This document shows, one piece after another, positions 48,824 through 62,349 of a DNA stretch of 64,000 bases. The stretch spans positions 17,506,210 to 17,570,209 of the forward strand of contig NC_134030.1 of the NCBI RefSeq assembly GCF_964204645.1, written 5' to 3'. Every line of letters begins with the position of its first letter. Position 1 is the stretch's first letter. The notes beneath the pieces were generated by a model. The model saw only the letters and a program-made list of their open reading frames with translations. It did not search any database and had not been told where the DNA came from. The translations under genes were made by a program, and so were the position numbers. The DNA comes from Tubulanus polymorphus (lineage: Eukaryota; Animalia; Nemertea).

Positions 48824-51419
48824 TTTGTAAGTTGGTTCTTCCCCGATTGTGTGAAATCTTTCGCTGCGTCTCAACACTGCCTGCTGCTCAGTGTCAAGGT
48901 CGTATTCTTCCACGTGACCCGGTGGGAACGGTTCAATCTTGCGACCATTTTGCAAACTTTCGGGCAACAAACCAATCAGACCTGGAGAAATTATTTCATT
49001 ATTCATTTAGGTTTGATTTTGAGCTACCAGGAGACCGTATTACTATTGAAATAATGGGACATTAATGAAATCAATGTTCTAGGTTTCTGACACGGCCACC
49101 AGTTTAATTAAGAGGACCATAACACTAGCACGCCCATTAACATAACCCTAGGCTGTGCGTAACCATAAGCCTAGGTCAACTCTCACCCTAGCAGGACTCG
49201 AACCTGAGACATGCAGCGTGCCGGTCGAGCATGGCCATAGAACAGTAGCGGTCGACACAGTTGGAAGGTTTGTCTGGTCAGTGTGTTGACTGGTGAAATA
49301 GTCAGATGCGGTGACCCATGTTCACTTACTCACTCTATCAATTTCTGTGATTACAAGAGATTTTGAATGATTTTCAAAGAACACACAATCAGATGGCATA
49401 ACCAGATGCAGCAGTTTTCACTGGACAGTTCAAAGTTCCATTGTAAGTTTCATTAGTATTCTGTATTATCTTGATTACAATGAGTCGTTGTGATTTTCTT
49501 CAAACTTTACCTTTTGCCTCTGAACAGACGGCTAGAAATTTTCCGGGGAGGTAGAGTCGGAACGTGGGCCGGACGCCGAATGTGTCTCGCGCTATGAACA
49601 CTTTACGATTGCGGGTATCGACTAGTATAAACGAGAAAACGCCGTCTAAGTGTTTTACAGTGAAATCTATACCGAAGCGGTCGTACAGGTGTACAATCAC
49701 TTCAGCGTCGCTGTCAGTTGAGAATTCCAATCCGAATTCTTCCTGCAGCTGAAAAATACACAAATTCAAAATGAAAAACCATTCGATGTTCCCACGCCGA
49801 TACCACCAGGATCCGATACCACACAGTTTTTAGTGTCGCTAGTACCTAATGTAAAATTTTGAACCTGTAAAACTTGATCCAGTTCCGCAGTTCATTTGCA
49901 ATCAACTTAAATCATCTATAAATCATTTTAAACACTTGAGTCAAAGTTAAATTGTGAAATTTTCAAATTCAAATCTAAAATAGCACATCGTCACAGATTG
50001 ATTATGATTAAGAATCGAGTGATGAACTATAGTGACCTACCTGGCGTGAATCAGGTCACAGTGTTCAAAGTCCGGTAAAACTTTTGTGGTTTATAACCGG
50101 TGATGGTAGTAACTGTATTCGTGCCAATATTGTTTCAAACACTTATTCGAAAAACTATTCAGTTTAAATTAAACTCATCATTCCTCGATCGGAAATAGCT
50201 TGTTTCTTTAAAACCAGAAATTGATAGGTTTCTCGATTTATGTGTCGACTCCAGTTACTGTTTATAGCCAATCTGTACCCATTTTATTCAAGTCTACATA
50301 TTGTGACACCATCGAAAGTGGTCGACACTGCAGGGTTGTAACCGGGATTTAGAATCTAGCCATGAGGATGAGATGTCAGCCTTATTGTCGTAATGCGCAT
50401 GCCCTCTTCTGATTGACTAATTACCAGTTTATCGCCAGTAGTGAGCTAGTCAGACACTTACCAGTTTATCGTTATAGATTTCTCCGTTGAGCATTAGCCA
50501 GTAGTGAGGTAGTGTAGTCAGATGAAACGGTTGCATTCCGTTCAAATCATCCCGAACCGCCAAATGATGAAACCCGAAACAACATTTATCGAAATGATTG
50601 ATGCTTTCTATGCGCACGGCGTCAGGACCTCGATGCCCTATATCCATACAACATTCACTGCATTGTTTAAAGGCGCCCTGATCGCTGCCGAATATCGCCC
50701 ATATACCGCACATATCCTCTACCGTGTTGATTTCAACGCTCTGTTACACACATACTGTACACGTATGTACAACAGAACGCTGCTTTACACAACAGGAGCG
50801 ATCGCTCTCTGATCGAGGTCGCGCCGCACGAGAAGCGCAGGTTTTTGCTCAGTGCCTGGATACACGAATTAACTATTATAAACGCGCTCTACAAATATCT
50901 ATTGAATTCTATGAACTGAACCTCGACTTGTCTCCTGCGTCATGTGCTCAATTTAAAAATACAAAATGATATTTTTAACGAGAACTGGTTTTCATGCCAA
51001 TTCTGAACCCATCAAAAAAAGAAAGGCGATAACGTTTTTCTTTTATACCCTCTTTTTATTTCATGACCCCGTTAGGCGGTTGAACCGGAGCGTTTGGGGC
51101 GTTATTGGCCTGATCAATATTCTACGATTTAGTTCGCTACATTTAGTTGTGTCGTTTAATCAGCCAGAAACGGGTATAAACGGGTGTGAAAATATTTATA
51201 GGGGGGCCAAAAGGAGGCAGACAAAATTTCAGCCAATCAGTAAGCAGAAATTCTAATTATAGACTCTTACTGCTCCGAAGCAATTCTACAGTAGCAATTC
51301 TACTATGCAGTCACAATGGCCCAGTTAGTAAAGCACATAATACGATAAAATCCCACTATTTACAGATTAAAAGAAATTAAAAACCAAAATTTATTTATTA
51401 AATCTAAAATATATAAAAG

Positions 51420-51461
51420 ACACGACGTTTCGATCTCACCCTAGAGATCATCGTCAGATGT
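51420..51461 (-). ncRNA. Minimal type I hammerhead ribozyme of a Penelope-like element
   Basis: ACAT-CTGACGA-T-GATCTC(tagggt)GAGATC-GAAAC-GTC-GTGT, ~75 nt downstream of the GIY-YIG stop. Confidence 0.85.
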
Positions 51462-51537
51462 GAGAAATAGACTAAAAACAGGGGTATATATACAAGGAGG
51501 ACAGGTTAATTGAGTAAATTGGTGAGTTAGTAAATAA

Positions 51538-52056
51538 TTAGTGTTTGGCAAGGCATGAAGTAATATACTTAGAAAGAAGGGAATTATGCGGAGAAAAGCC
51601 ATTATTTGAATTGGTACTAATATCTGAGTGACGAGTAATTAGGGCAGACTCAACTATGTGGCGTTTAGTGTAATTGCTGGAAGTATAAATAATTTCGGCT
51701 TTATCAAAATTAAAACGATGACCAGTGTTCCAAACGTGATTGGCTACGCCACTAGCCGGTTTTTGATTTATTATATCCTTTTTGTGTTCCGAAATTCGAG
51801 TTTTTAAATCACGACCAGTTTCTCCAAAGTAAATTTTATCACAGCCAAAACAAGGAATTTTGTAAACTCCGAAGTCCAAAGGTTTAGATGAGGAGCCTTC
51901 ATAATTGATGAACTTATCTGAGTTAGACATGTACGGACATATTGCGCAGTTTTTACCGCTTGGTTCCACAGGGGTTTGGCGATGGGCTTGGATCGTGTTT
52001 TCTATGTGGTTGCTTGGATCGAGAAATCGAAAAAATTGAATATTTCCTTTACTCAC
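51538..52056 (-). mobile_element. Penelope-like GIY-YIG endonuclease remnant
   Basis: GVYKIPCFGCDKIYFGETGRDLKTRISEH...ESALI. Confidence 0.88.
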
Positions 52057-52879
52057 GAACGCTGCTCATCACAAACCCGGAAATGATTAGCGGAAGTATG
52101 TGGCAGTGTTGCGTCGAAATTTTACCGCAGGTGCTGTAACATAATTTTCGTTTTTCATGAGTTGATCGCTGATAATCGTAATATACACTGAGAAAAATAT
52201 GAAATGTTTTTCTAAAATACTACCTATCCAGTATCAAACATTCATATATTATCAGTCGCGTCTGACTATATAAAATCACAAGGGATGAAACGCCTTCAGA
52301 GTTGTGCCAGCCAGAAAGTTGGGACAGTCACGTGACTAACGCTTCTAATTAGCATATCACTGACTGAATGCGAACCTTTTGTCATCACCGTCGGCGAGAT
52401 GATGCTCAAGAATTCTGGGGTTTTCAATAGGAATTCAACGGGTGACCAGGCTCGCTGCTGTAAGCTGACCAAAATGTAGCTGTTTGAAGGAGGGGATTTC
52501 AAGGAAAATATCGGTGTTTTACCCTACCATCTGTTTATTAAACTCGAAATTTGCATTGAGATAAGCACGTAAATAATCCGTGGGTATATTTAATCACTTC
52601 ATTTTAGGCCGTTTTGATGTGATATTTGCATTTTTTTGCGCTTTTGTACAGCGCGGCATGACGGCATGGCGCCGGTCATTTTCTTTTTAAAAGTTTCAAT
52701 GTGTCTGGCCGGGATGCATGAGTGCTCATTTGTCCTGTGCTGATTGTTATCTGCATTTGCAATCTCACTGACTGACTCCGAATCAAAGTTTACTTTCCAT
52801 TTTGCCTGGTTTTAAACACCACTGACCCTTATAACCGCCCCTGTGCTTTTTAGCTAGGTTGTTCATTGCATCATTCATC

Positions 52880-53457
52880 TGGAACTCAAGTTTGATTCCA
52901 TCAAGCAATTGAGCTGAAACTCCAATTTGATTCCATCAAGCAATTGATCTGAAACTCCAATTTGATTCCATTGCACTATTTTGATCCGAAACCGCAATTT
53001 GATTCCATCGCACAATTGAGCTGAAACCCCAATTTGATTCCATCACACAATTGATCTGAAACTCCAATTTGATTCCATCACACAATTGAGCTGAAACTCC
53101 AATTTGATTCCATCACACAATTGAGCTGAAACTCCAATTTGATTCCATCACACAATTGAGCTGAAACTCCAATTTGATTCCATCAAGCAATTAAGCTGAA
53201 ACTCCAATTTGATTCCATCACACAATTGATCTGAAAATCCAATTTGATTCCATCAAGCAATTGAGCTGAAACTCCAATTTGATTCCATCACACAATTGAT
53301 CTGAAACTCCAATATGATTCCATCAAGCAATTGAGCTGAAACTCCAATTTGATTCCATCACACAATTGATCTGAAACTCCAATTTGATTCCATTGCACTA
53401 TTTTGATCTAAAACCGCAATTTGATTCCATCACACAATTGAGCTGAAACCCCAATTT
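52880..53457. repeat. 35-bp tandem repeat (~16 copies)
   Basis: Unit aatttgattccatcacacaattgagctgaaactcc. Confidence 0.95.
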
Positions 53458-53466
53458 GTGGACAGA

Positions 53467-56400
53467 ATGTTAAATCCTGAGCAACAAAAAACGGTAGACC
53501 TTATTGCAGCATGTCATTCTATTTGTATTTTGGGTCAAGCAGGTTCTGGAAAAAGTTTTTGTATACGTAAAGCCGTGACGAAATTGAAAAAACAGTCAAA
53601 GAAAGTTGCAGTTTGTGCAACTACTGGTATTGCTTATTGTCAATTGACAGACCTTGATGCAGTCACTATACATAGCTGGTCAGGTATCTTAGATGGACGT
53701 TTTTCTAAATCTGAGATGAAGAAGAGGCTCATGACAGACGCCCAACTTATCGATGTTAAAAATTACATTTCATCAACAGATATTTTGTTCATTGACGAAA
53801 TTTCAATGCTCAGCGCATATATTTTTGAACTCATCGAGTTCACTTGTCGTACAGTGCGAGGTTCATCACAGTGGTTTGGTGGTATGCAAGTAGTAGTGAG
53901 CGGTGATTTTTTTCAATTACCACCAGTACCAAATCTGGAATTACGAAGATGATGGCCATTATTGCTTTGAAAGTAGTATATTTAATTTTAGTCATGTGAT
54001 GATTTTGAGTAAGGTTGTTCGTCAAGCTGATGAAGAGTTTATTAATATCATCAATGAGGTAACTCGTGGTATTACATCGAAGGAATGTAATTCCTTTTTA
54101 GCAAGTTTAACGCGTCCTTTACCAGAAAATCTAACTGTAACTCATCTATTTGCAAACAATTTTAATGTAGAAGTTACAAACCAAATGGAGTTAAGTAAAC
54201 TTGCCGGTATTGGGAAAATATATGTAGCTACTAGTGAGGAAGGGACATCTGATTCCCTTAACTCTTTGCCAGCAGTTCATAAGTTACACTTGAAGATCGG
54301 TGCGCCAGTTATTTTGATAAGAAATATCAACAAGTTTCTTGTCAATGGTTTACAAGACTATGTAAAGAGTATGCACCCAGATTTTGTAACAATATTTTTT
54401 CCGTCTGTCCATAAAACTGTTGACATCAAACCAGCGGTGTTTTCTGTATTTTCAAAAAGAAAGCGTGTAAATATTTGCAAGCGATCGCAACTGCCTTTGC
54501 GTCTAGCATTTTCATTGACGATACATCGTTGCCAAGGTATGACTTTAGAAGCAGTTTCTGTTGATTGTCGCAACATACGAACAGCTGGTCAGTTTGGTGT
54601 AGCAATCAGTCGTGTAAGAACACCAGATAATCTGCGTGTCCAACATTACGAGCCCAAAATATGCATCAAACCCCCATCAAGCGTTATAGATTTTTATGAG
54701 GAGCACATAATGGCTTCTGCAGATTTTGTTCATGATCTGTCGTGCTGTGTTTTTGGTGAAGGTATATGCCCTATTGATGCAATTAGCTTTGATTCGGAAT
54801 GTCAGTCAGATGAAGATAGTCAATTCGACGAATCCGATTTGCGAGCTATAGATTATTTTTTATCAGGTCAAACTGATTGTTTCGATAGCAGTCGATCCTC
54901 AACTTACCCTTCTACAATCGACCCTTGTCATGTTGTAAAACAATTGAAGTTTTGGGACGCAGTTCTTGATAATCAGATCGACCAAAATAGAGTTCTCGAT
55001 GATATCTCATCGTCTATCGATTTGAATCTTTACATCTCACATATCTGGTCGAAATTGGATTACTTATATGAGTTACATGTATCTTTAACCATGATCCAGC
55101 AACCAAAAAACCAGGTGCAATACATATCAGCATTTCATTCATTTGTGACTTGTCAAGAATTCCTGACTTACTCCGAGCAATTGTTGAAGCGAAAACCCTT
55201 AACTCCGATTGAGATTAAAGTGTGTTCAAGAATCTGTTTCAAACTATTATCCAAGTATCTGGAATTTCGTACTTCAAGCATAGATAGAATTGTGATTGTA
55301 AATAGTTCAGCAACTGTTGAGTCTAGTGCCCACGGAAAAGTTCGTTACGTGGGTGGTTATTGTATTTTTTCCGTTTCTCGCTATTTCCAAAAACTCGTCC
55401 GTTTTCATTTAGCAAAGTTGGACGAATGTTTTTATGTAGCAAAGTTGAAATTTGATTTGTTACAATCACTCAGAGTCGCTCAGGCTATGCTTGAAGAGAG
55501 TGTTTATCAAGAAACACTTGTTGAAACTTTGCGTCGGCAAAATTCGTTTGAAGGTCTAACGAATATATCAGATAAAGCTTTCGAATTTTTCCTCGAACTG
55601 GAGAAACTTCGTATTCGATATCGATATCTAATATGTTTCGATATGTAAATAATCAGGCATATAAGACTCTGTTGGAAGATGCTCTCAATTATGTTGTGAG
55701 GGACTCTGGTATCAAGGCGAAGTGGTTTAGTTTGTTTGAGATAACTAGTCATATTCCTGAAGTTACGGAATCATCTGGAATTCGTGATTTGGTCGATAAA
55801 CTTTTTCTTATTTCCACTGCAATTTTAGATATTTTTCGAGATGTCTGTGTGAAGTATATGAAAGTTGGGAATGCTCAATTCCGTAAAGATCTGTTACAGT
55901 ATATCGGCCAAAAAAAGACTCAAGCCCATAGACGTCAAATTCTTATAAGAAAAGAGAAGCAATCGCAGCAGCAGTCCGGTATTATTACTATGACTACTAT
56001 CAGAAATAATCCCACTACCATACATTCAATCATTCAGTATGCATTATCTAATCAATCATTTAAATTTGATGGTTTCTGCAAAGCTGACCTAATGATATTA
56101 TGTCGCTGCTACGGTATAAAATCAGTTTCTAAACTGAATAAGGTTGGCCTTGTAAACGCGCTGTTGGAAACCCTGTGTGAACTAGAATCCATGCCGAACC
56201 CCGAATTTCTCGACCAACGTAGTATCTCTAGCAGCAAGGTGGTATTACAGCAACAGCAACACAGCATTGTTGCTGTTGCTGCTGATACTGCTGCTGATGG
56301 TATTGAAGGTGCTTCTAGTTCGAAGGATTCTTCGGGATCAGAACAGAGAGGTCTATTAGCTCTGCCCATTGCAACATCTGCAGACTGCCATAGCTCTATA

Positions 56401-56682
56401 AAGACTTCTTCAGGGAAGCGAAGTGTTCGTAGTGGAACGCGGGGTAAATCCGTGACCCGGAAAAAACCAAAAACAGAACCTGTTTATACGTGCCCTATCT
56501 GTAAATTGGAATGGTCACTTTCTAGTGAGTTCAGTGATTACTGGCTGGAATGTGGAAACTGTTTGAAATGGATAGATCCTAAATGTACTGGCCTTATTGT
56601 AGGCAGCCCTGAATGGTTACATATTACATCCGATCATAACATTGAATGGCATTGTCAGTTATGTAAACAATCGACTTCATAG
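53467..56682 (+). CDS. Intronless PIF1-family helicase with a long C-terminal extension, SAP-like helix pair and PHD-like finger (two frameshifts)
   Basis: GQAGSGKS, LFIDEISM, FGGMQVVVSGDFFQLPPV, RQAD, QLPLRLAFSLTIHRCQGMTL and VAISRVR; terminal CPIC...WLECGNC..WIDPKC...WHCQLC. Shifts near 53945 and 55630. Confidence 0.88.
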
Positions 56683-57254
56683 ATAGAAATTCATTTTTGA
56701 GTCCATGGTTGAATTTCATAAGACTTGGCTCTGTGCCAGTTTTATTGTACACAAATAATAGTGTTGCATAGCAACACTGAATGTATTGATTTTATCTCAG
56801 TGCAAATGTAAGACATTATTGGACAGCTGTTGGTGCAATTGCACAAGATCATATAAGATCATTGATGATATCAGTGTATGAAAAAAAACAGATCAAACAG
56901 TTCTCTACCACAAACACTGGTATCGTCCATGATCCTCTGTCATCTTGTGACAGGCCCCAGGTGCTGGTTGCATAGTCACGGTATAGATACCCGACAAGTA
57001 AGACTTAGTTCTAGGGGATCATTTATTTATTACGTACGCATAAAATATGAATTTTTTAACCCAAGGCCCTCCCCTCCGCCATGCAAAATCGGCTATTTTT
57101 TCATATACATTAAGCATTACAGTGACATGCAAATTTGCACTTACCCCTTCCCCTCCCCTAATGCGTACGTAATAAATGAATTAACCCTATAGCCAATCTA
57201 CTTAAGACCACTTATGCACTTTTGGGTTTAAGCCATGACTGCAACTGGCTCCTC

Positions 57255-57412
57255 GTACGATTAATATTTATATTTACACTGAACCTCATTCGTACGACTA
57301 ATAATCTGAACCTCATTCGTACGATTAATATTTATATTTACACTGAACCTCATTCGTACGACTAATAATCTGAACCTCATTCGTACGACTAATATTTATA
57401 TTTACACTGAAC
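57255..57412. repeat. Compound tandem repeat (ctgaacctcattcgtacgactaata)
   Basis: 4-5 copies lie between the convergent 3' ends of the PIF1 and transposase genes. Confidence 0.8.
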
Positions 57413-57427
57413 TACAGTCACTAGATC

Positions 57428-60400
57428 TTAAATTCTGCATCCAACCCGCCTAGGATTCAATGCTGAATCTTTTCGAACGATGGGGTAATCAGTGCCCGCT
57501 GCATCAGCATTCGCTTTTCTTGAAATGCACGGATTACACAGAATGATTGATGTGGTAGACGCACAATACTGACCATAGTTTAAGTTATCGTTTGCGCCAT
57601 TAAACTTTGCTCTTTGTTGGCAAAACAAATTTTCCGCTACGTCACTATTTATTATATTGGGGTTTATAAACCCACCAACCTCTGTTTCTAGACGACAAAT
57701 ATCAATGAATCCGAGACAGCAGCTGTCCAAATCGTAGCGCGTTTGTTGTGACATAACATTGGTCTTGATGGATTTAGCCTTGTACGGTTTTATTTCTGCT
57801 GATTCCCATTTTTTAAAAAATGCATGGGCTTCCAACATTTTACACAATCTGTTGTCGGATGTACTCCTAATCGGACGTGGATCGCGAAATAATGATACCA
57901 GTTTGCTGGTAGCGTTAAGAAATTCGATGGTGCCCAACAATTTCTCGCTTTCAATCTGATCGAGGGTTTTTTGGAACATCTACAATGCAAGAAGTAGTTT
58001 GATTAAAGTGGGAAAAAATTTGATCAAATTTTGTTGATGTGTCATTCACAAACGGATCTATTTGAAAATGTAAAGATCAGTTTATAATGACATCAACAAA
58101 ATATGAGTTTTTCCCATGATAAGCGATCATTCACTTAATAAACACACATAAAATTTGAATTTTCCCACGACGCAAATTCAAAAATTTTGTACTATTGTTT
58201 GAGCATTATACACAATTGCACTGAAGGGGTCATAAATTTATTACGTACGCATTAGGGGAGGGGAGGGGAGGGTAAGTGCAATTGTGTATTATTGCTTTAA
58301 GTACAGAAAAAATGGCAGATTTTGCGTTGCTGGGAGTTAATATTTTATGCGTGCTTGATGTGACAGATCCTTAGCCCCTCCCCTCCCCTAATGCGTACGT
58401 ATTAAAATAATGACCACTAATGAGATGTTGCATCAAAGTTGGTTGAAGAATTTCATGTATCATTGTCATCATATTTTTTGGATTTTATTCTATGTACATG
58501 AATCACAAAATAAGAAGCATGTCGCCTTACTCGGACATGGCCAACTTGGACAAAAAAAGAAATTTTCCAATTCCTTACTCGGACTTCGCTTACCTCGAAC
58601 TAAATTTGCCAATCCCAGTTTGTGCGTGTAAGACAAGGTTTTACTGTACATTGTATGTATTTTTCCATGATGATGATCAATGAAATTATAAGGCCAAGAT
58701 TACCAGTACTCACTTTCATCAGATGTAACATAACGGAATCCAGAACTTGTTCCGCAAGGTAGTTCCTCATTTTTTCATTTTGATCTGGATTGATGTGTTT
58801 TTCTGTCAGTTTTCGGTGGATCCGTAGGGAATTGTTGTTAGTATCCCACTCATGGGCTGCTGCCCAGTGTTTCCATAGTATATCTCGATTGCCGACGTTC
58901 AGAAGTCTAGTGTGGAATTTTTGATGACCACTTTTCAGAAAATTGTTGCGGATCTTTTTAAACAGATGCTAGGATAGATAAATAACACCGTTATTAGTAC
59001 TTGAAATCCCCTCAGGTGAGAGAGCAGTGAAAACTAGTAAGTACCCTAGTAAATAACTTGTTTCATTTATCCAGATAAAAGTTAATTTGTCTTGTTTTTT
59101 CTTTAATTTACAGCTCTTACCGATGGGTCCATTAGAAGAGGAAGTGGCTTATGTCCGAAAGGATTTAAAGTCGTAAACTTTCCCTCAATAGGGAGCATCA
59201 TTTTCATCAATGTGCGATTACATTGCGCTCCATCCATACACATGTATGTCACCTGAAAAGTTACCATACAGCTTTTCAATATTTTTATACATTTACCGGG
59301 TGATATTCTAGGATGTATTATAATCTACCTTGAAACCCCAATTCCCTAGTTCGCAAATCATTTCAGATAAGATCATATAGAGTTCAGCAGCACTAGCTTG
59401 ATCAGTTGGATAACTAGCAATTGGAAATCGGAAGCCAGTGTTTCCCATGAATGTGAGCTGCAGGACGTGGTTTGCAATTTTAGGCTCGTACTTTCCTACA
59501 ATGATAAAAAACTATATTTTACAGAATATGGTGGTGGATGAGGACAAGCAGCAGTTGGTGTGTTTGAGGATTTAAGCAGAAGAAATTTTAATGGGAAACA
59601 TTTCAGGGAATTACCTGCCAGGAGCGCCCTTAAATGATTTCCAGCATCGCCCATATCAACGAACCCTTGAAGTATAGCGCGGCCATTTTTTGTAAGTAAT
59701 TTGTAGGTCTTCCTATTTTAAAAAAATGAAATGTAAACAAGTGGTATCATTTTTAACCCATTAGCACTCAGGAATTGCACTATGTTCTGTCTATAACTCC
59801 TCAGAAAATTCAAGGGAAAATCCAAATTCATCACGATACAGAATAGCTCATTATGACATTGATTGAATATTCCTGTGGTATTTCTTTTGATAGATTTTGT
59901 CTATTCAATATTTTTGTCAATGTTTCATTTTAGGCGTGGATCTTGATTCAGTACCTCTATTGACATTTCATCGAAGATGAGACCGCCACGTTTTGCTTCA
60001 TCCGGTAGACGTAATCGTTCGCTTTCTTGAGAAAGCCACATCAACAGAGCGGTGTTGTATCCAGTGCCATGGCTAATTTGGCTTTTATTATAATGTAACA
60101 GCCGTCCGGATGGCAGTCGGAACATGCTACTTGCTTTCATGTCGGCAAACGCTTTAGGCGACTGACACCAAAGTCTGAGACAAAACGCGATAAGTCTGAA
60201 ATGTAAACAAGATTGATTGTAAATGGAAATAAGTTTTGCTCTGGGATCATTCATTTATTACGTACACATAAAATTTGACTTTTTCAACCCCCTCTGTACA
60301 CAAATCGGCCATTTTTTCATGTATATTTAGCATTGCAGTACGCAATTGCACTTACCCCTCCCCCTCCTCTAGTGCGTACGTAATAAATGAATGATCACTA

Positions 60401-62349
60401 TTGCAGCTATCAATCTTGATCTATGTAGTTCCACAGTAGTCGATTAAAGTCATACTTAAAACATTGACAAAATTAGTTTCAAACTGTTTTAAGAATCTAA
60501 TTTGACCGGCTACTGCGGCACTGCACCGATTTTGTCTACGCACTGTACCTTAGACAGTCAAATAGATTACAAAATCAGATCGTCTAGGCATATATCAAAA
60601 ATGATTGTCTAAGGTACAGGCAGCAGATTGGTACCTGCATATATGCTATCCTTGCTTGCCAGGGTTTAATTGCCTGCTGATCAAGATCATGCCAACACTA
60701 ACTGTGGCCGCAGATCATTCATCAGTCTATTACACAGTCCAAGATTTCTTAGGGAGACAAATTGCCGCTGAGCGGCCACCAGTCTATATACTTAGTCAGT
60801 CGAATGCATCCTGCAACTGACGTTTATGGCAAACTGGCTTCTGATTTCAAATTGCTAGTTTAGAGTTAATTCATTTATTACGTACGCATTAGGGGAGGGG
60901 AAGGGGTAAGTGCAAATTTGCATGTCACTGTAATGCTCAATGTATATGTAAAAATAGCCGATTTTGCATACATGGGGGGGGGGGGGGGTTTAAGAATTCA
61001 AATTTCATGCGTACGTAATAAATGAATGATCCCCAACTAATCAAGCTAGTGCCGCGGAACTTTATATGATCTTATGAGAGGGATAATTTGCAAACTATCA
61101 AATTGGCTCAATACAAACAATGTATCTGATTGGCTAGATATATAGACTTGTGGTAGTCAAGTGGCAACTTTTCCGCTCAAGAAATCGGTGCCATGTAAAA
61201 GATTTATGAAGGAACTATGGCCACGGTTAATGTTGGCATGAATGAGCTTTGGCGGGAGGTAATCAAACCCTGGCAAGTGAGGATTTTTAGGTCATTATTG
61301 AGAAAGGATACTAATTTTTTAAAGCCCACTTAGGGCTAGGGGTCATTCATTATTACGTACACATTAGGGGAGGGGGAGGGGTCAGTGCAATTGCGTACTG
61401 TAATGCTTAATTTATATGAATCAATGGCCGATTTTGCGTACAGAGGGGGAAGGGGGTTGAAGAATGTAAATTGTATGCGTACGTAATAAATGAATGATCC
61501 CTAGCGGTTGAATGAGCTTACTTCGGGTGCCATTTCATCTGTCTCTTGTCTTGGCATGATAAACTGTCATTTTGGACACGTAAGAACAATTTCAGTGCTT
61601 CATTGTCAGGAACTTTTTCCAAATAGTCGTCCAGCAACTTGATCAGGTCATCGCTATCTTTTTCGCTTAATTCCAGTAAGTCGTTTTTTAAGCATTTTGA
61701 GTGTTCGTAGTATTTACAATATTTACACGTTGAACATTTTGTTCCGACGTCCGAATGAATTATGCGACAATTAATTGATCTTAATCTGGTTTTATCAATC
61801 ATGCTTTTATAAGAAGTGTCAGTCGATGTACATTTTTTGCAAGAAGGTAGAAATCCATTACAAATTTTCAAAAGTTTTATTTGATTTAAAATCAAATCTA
61901 ACGAATTTTCAGTGTCAACCTGATCATTGACTTTGAACTCTATTAGATTGATAGTCCGATGCAAAACCGTCAAAGTTACTTTGCAATCCGACTGAATGTT
62001 GATTTCTTTGCAGACTTTGGCTGCATTCGTTGAATTTCCGCAACAAAAAGTTCATATTTTCATATTGGTGACATTTTTCTCGAAGAGAAAATATCCATCA
62101 GGGAGCTCCACTGATTGCATTCGAAAATCACGTTTCTCATTTATCAAAAGCGATGGCGATTGTGTCTGCATCGTCAGACCAAGAAGATATTTGTACCTTT
62201 TTCCATTTTCTCTTAAACGCGCGATTTTAACTTGAGGATAAAGTTCCTTGACTTTTTTCGTTAACTTTACTGATGAACATGGAATTAGTTTTAAAATATC
62301 TTCGTATTTCAACTTCGAAAAATTGCTTTCTTTACAATTTTTCAGCAAC
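57428..62349 (-). CDS. Spliced P-element/THAP9-type transposase (exons 62349-61522, 60195-59955, ~59712-59615, 59495-59329, 59252-59121, 58968-58714, 57979-57428; probable further 5' exons to ~63365)
   Basis: SPKAF...LPS, LIFDEMSIEEDL, MDGAQCNR, MDPS|HLFKKIRNN, KMRNYLAEQV and NSDVAENLFCQQR. GT-AG introns. Single-base shifts near 59690 and 62050. Confidence 0.85.

Larger units (their letters stand above)
46185..50713 (-). pseudogene. ASNS: Glutamine-dependent asparagine synthetase-like gene, 9 exons (50713-50462, 49748-49511, 48981-48805, 48136-48044, 47923-47796, 47685-47559, 47353-47146, 46932-46766, 46391-46185), with a frameshifting deletion in exon 8
   Basis: MCGIWA, HRGPD, NGEIYN, RDTFGVRP, LSGGLDSS, SGEGADE, LELRVPFLD and WRPKEGFSDG. 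Introns are GT-AG with matching phases. Confidence 0.9.

Noticed and set aside
52880-53457. 35-bp repeats as a CRISPR array
   Set aside because: Units are head-to-tail with no unique spacers, the context is eukaryotic, and there are no cas genes.
53467-56682. Helitron or the host PIF1 ortholog
   Set aside because: No HUH Rep motifs. It is intronless, lacks the N-terminal extension of cellular PIF1 and has a PHD-like tail.
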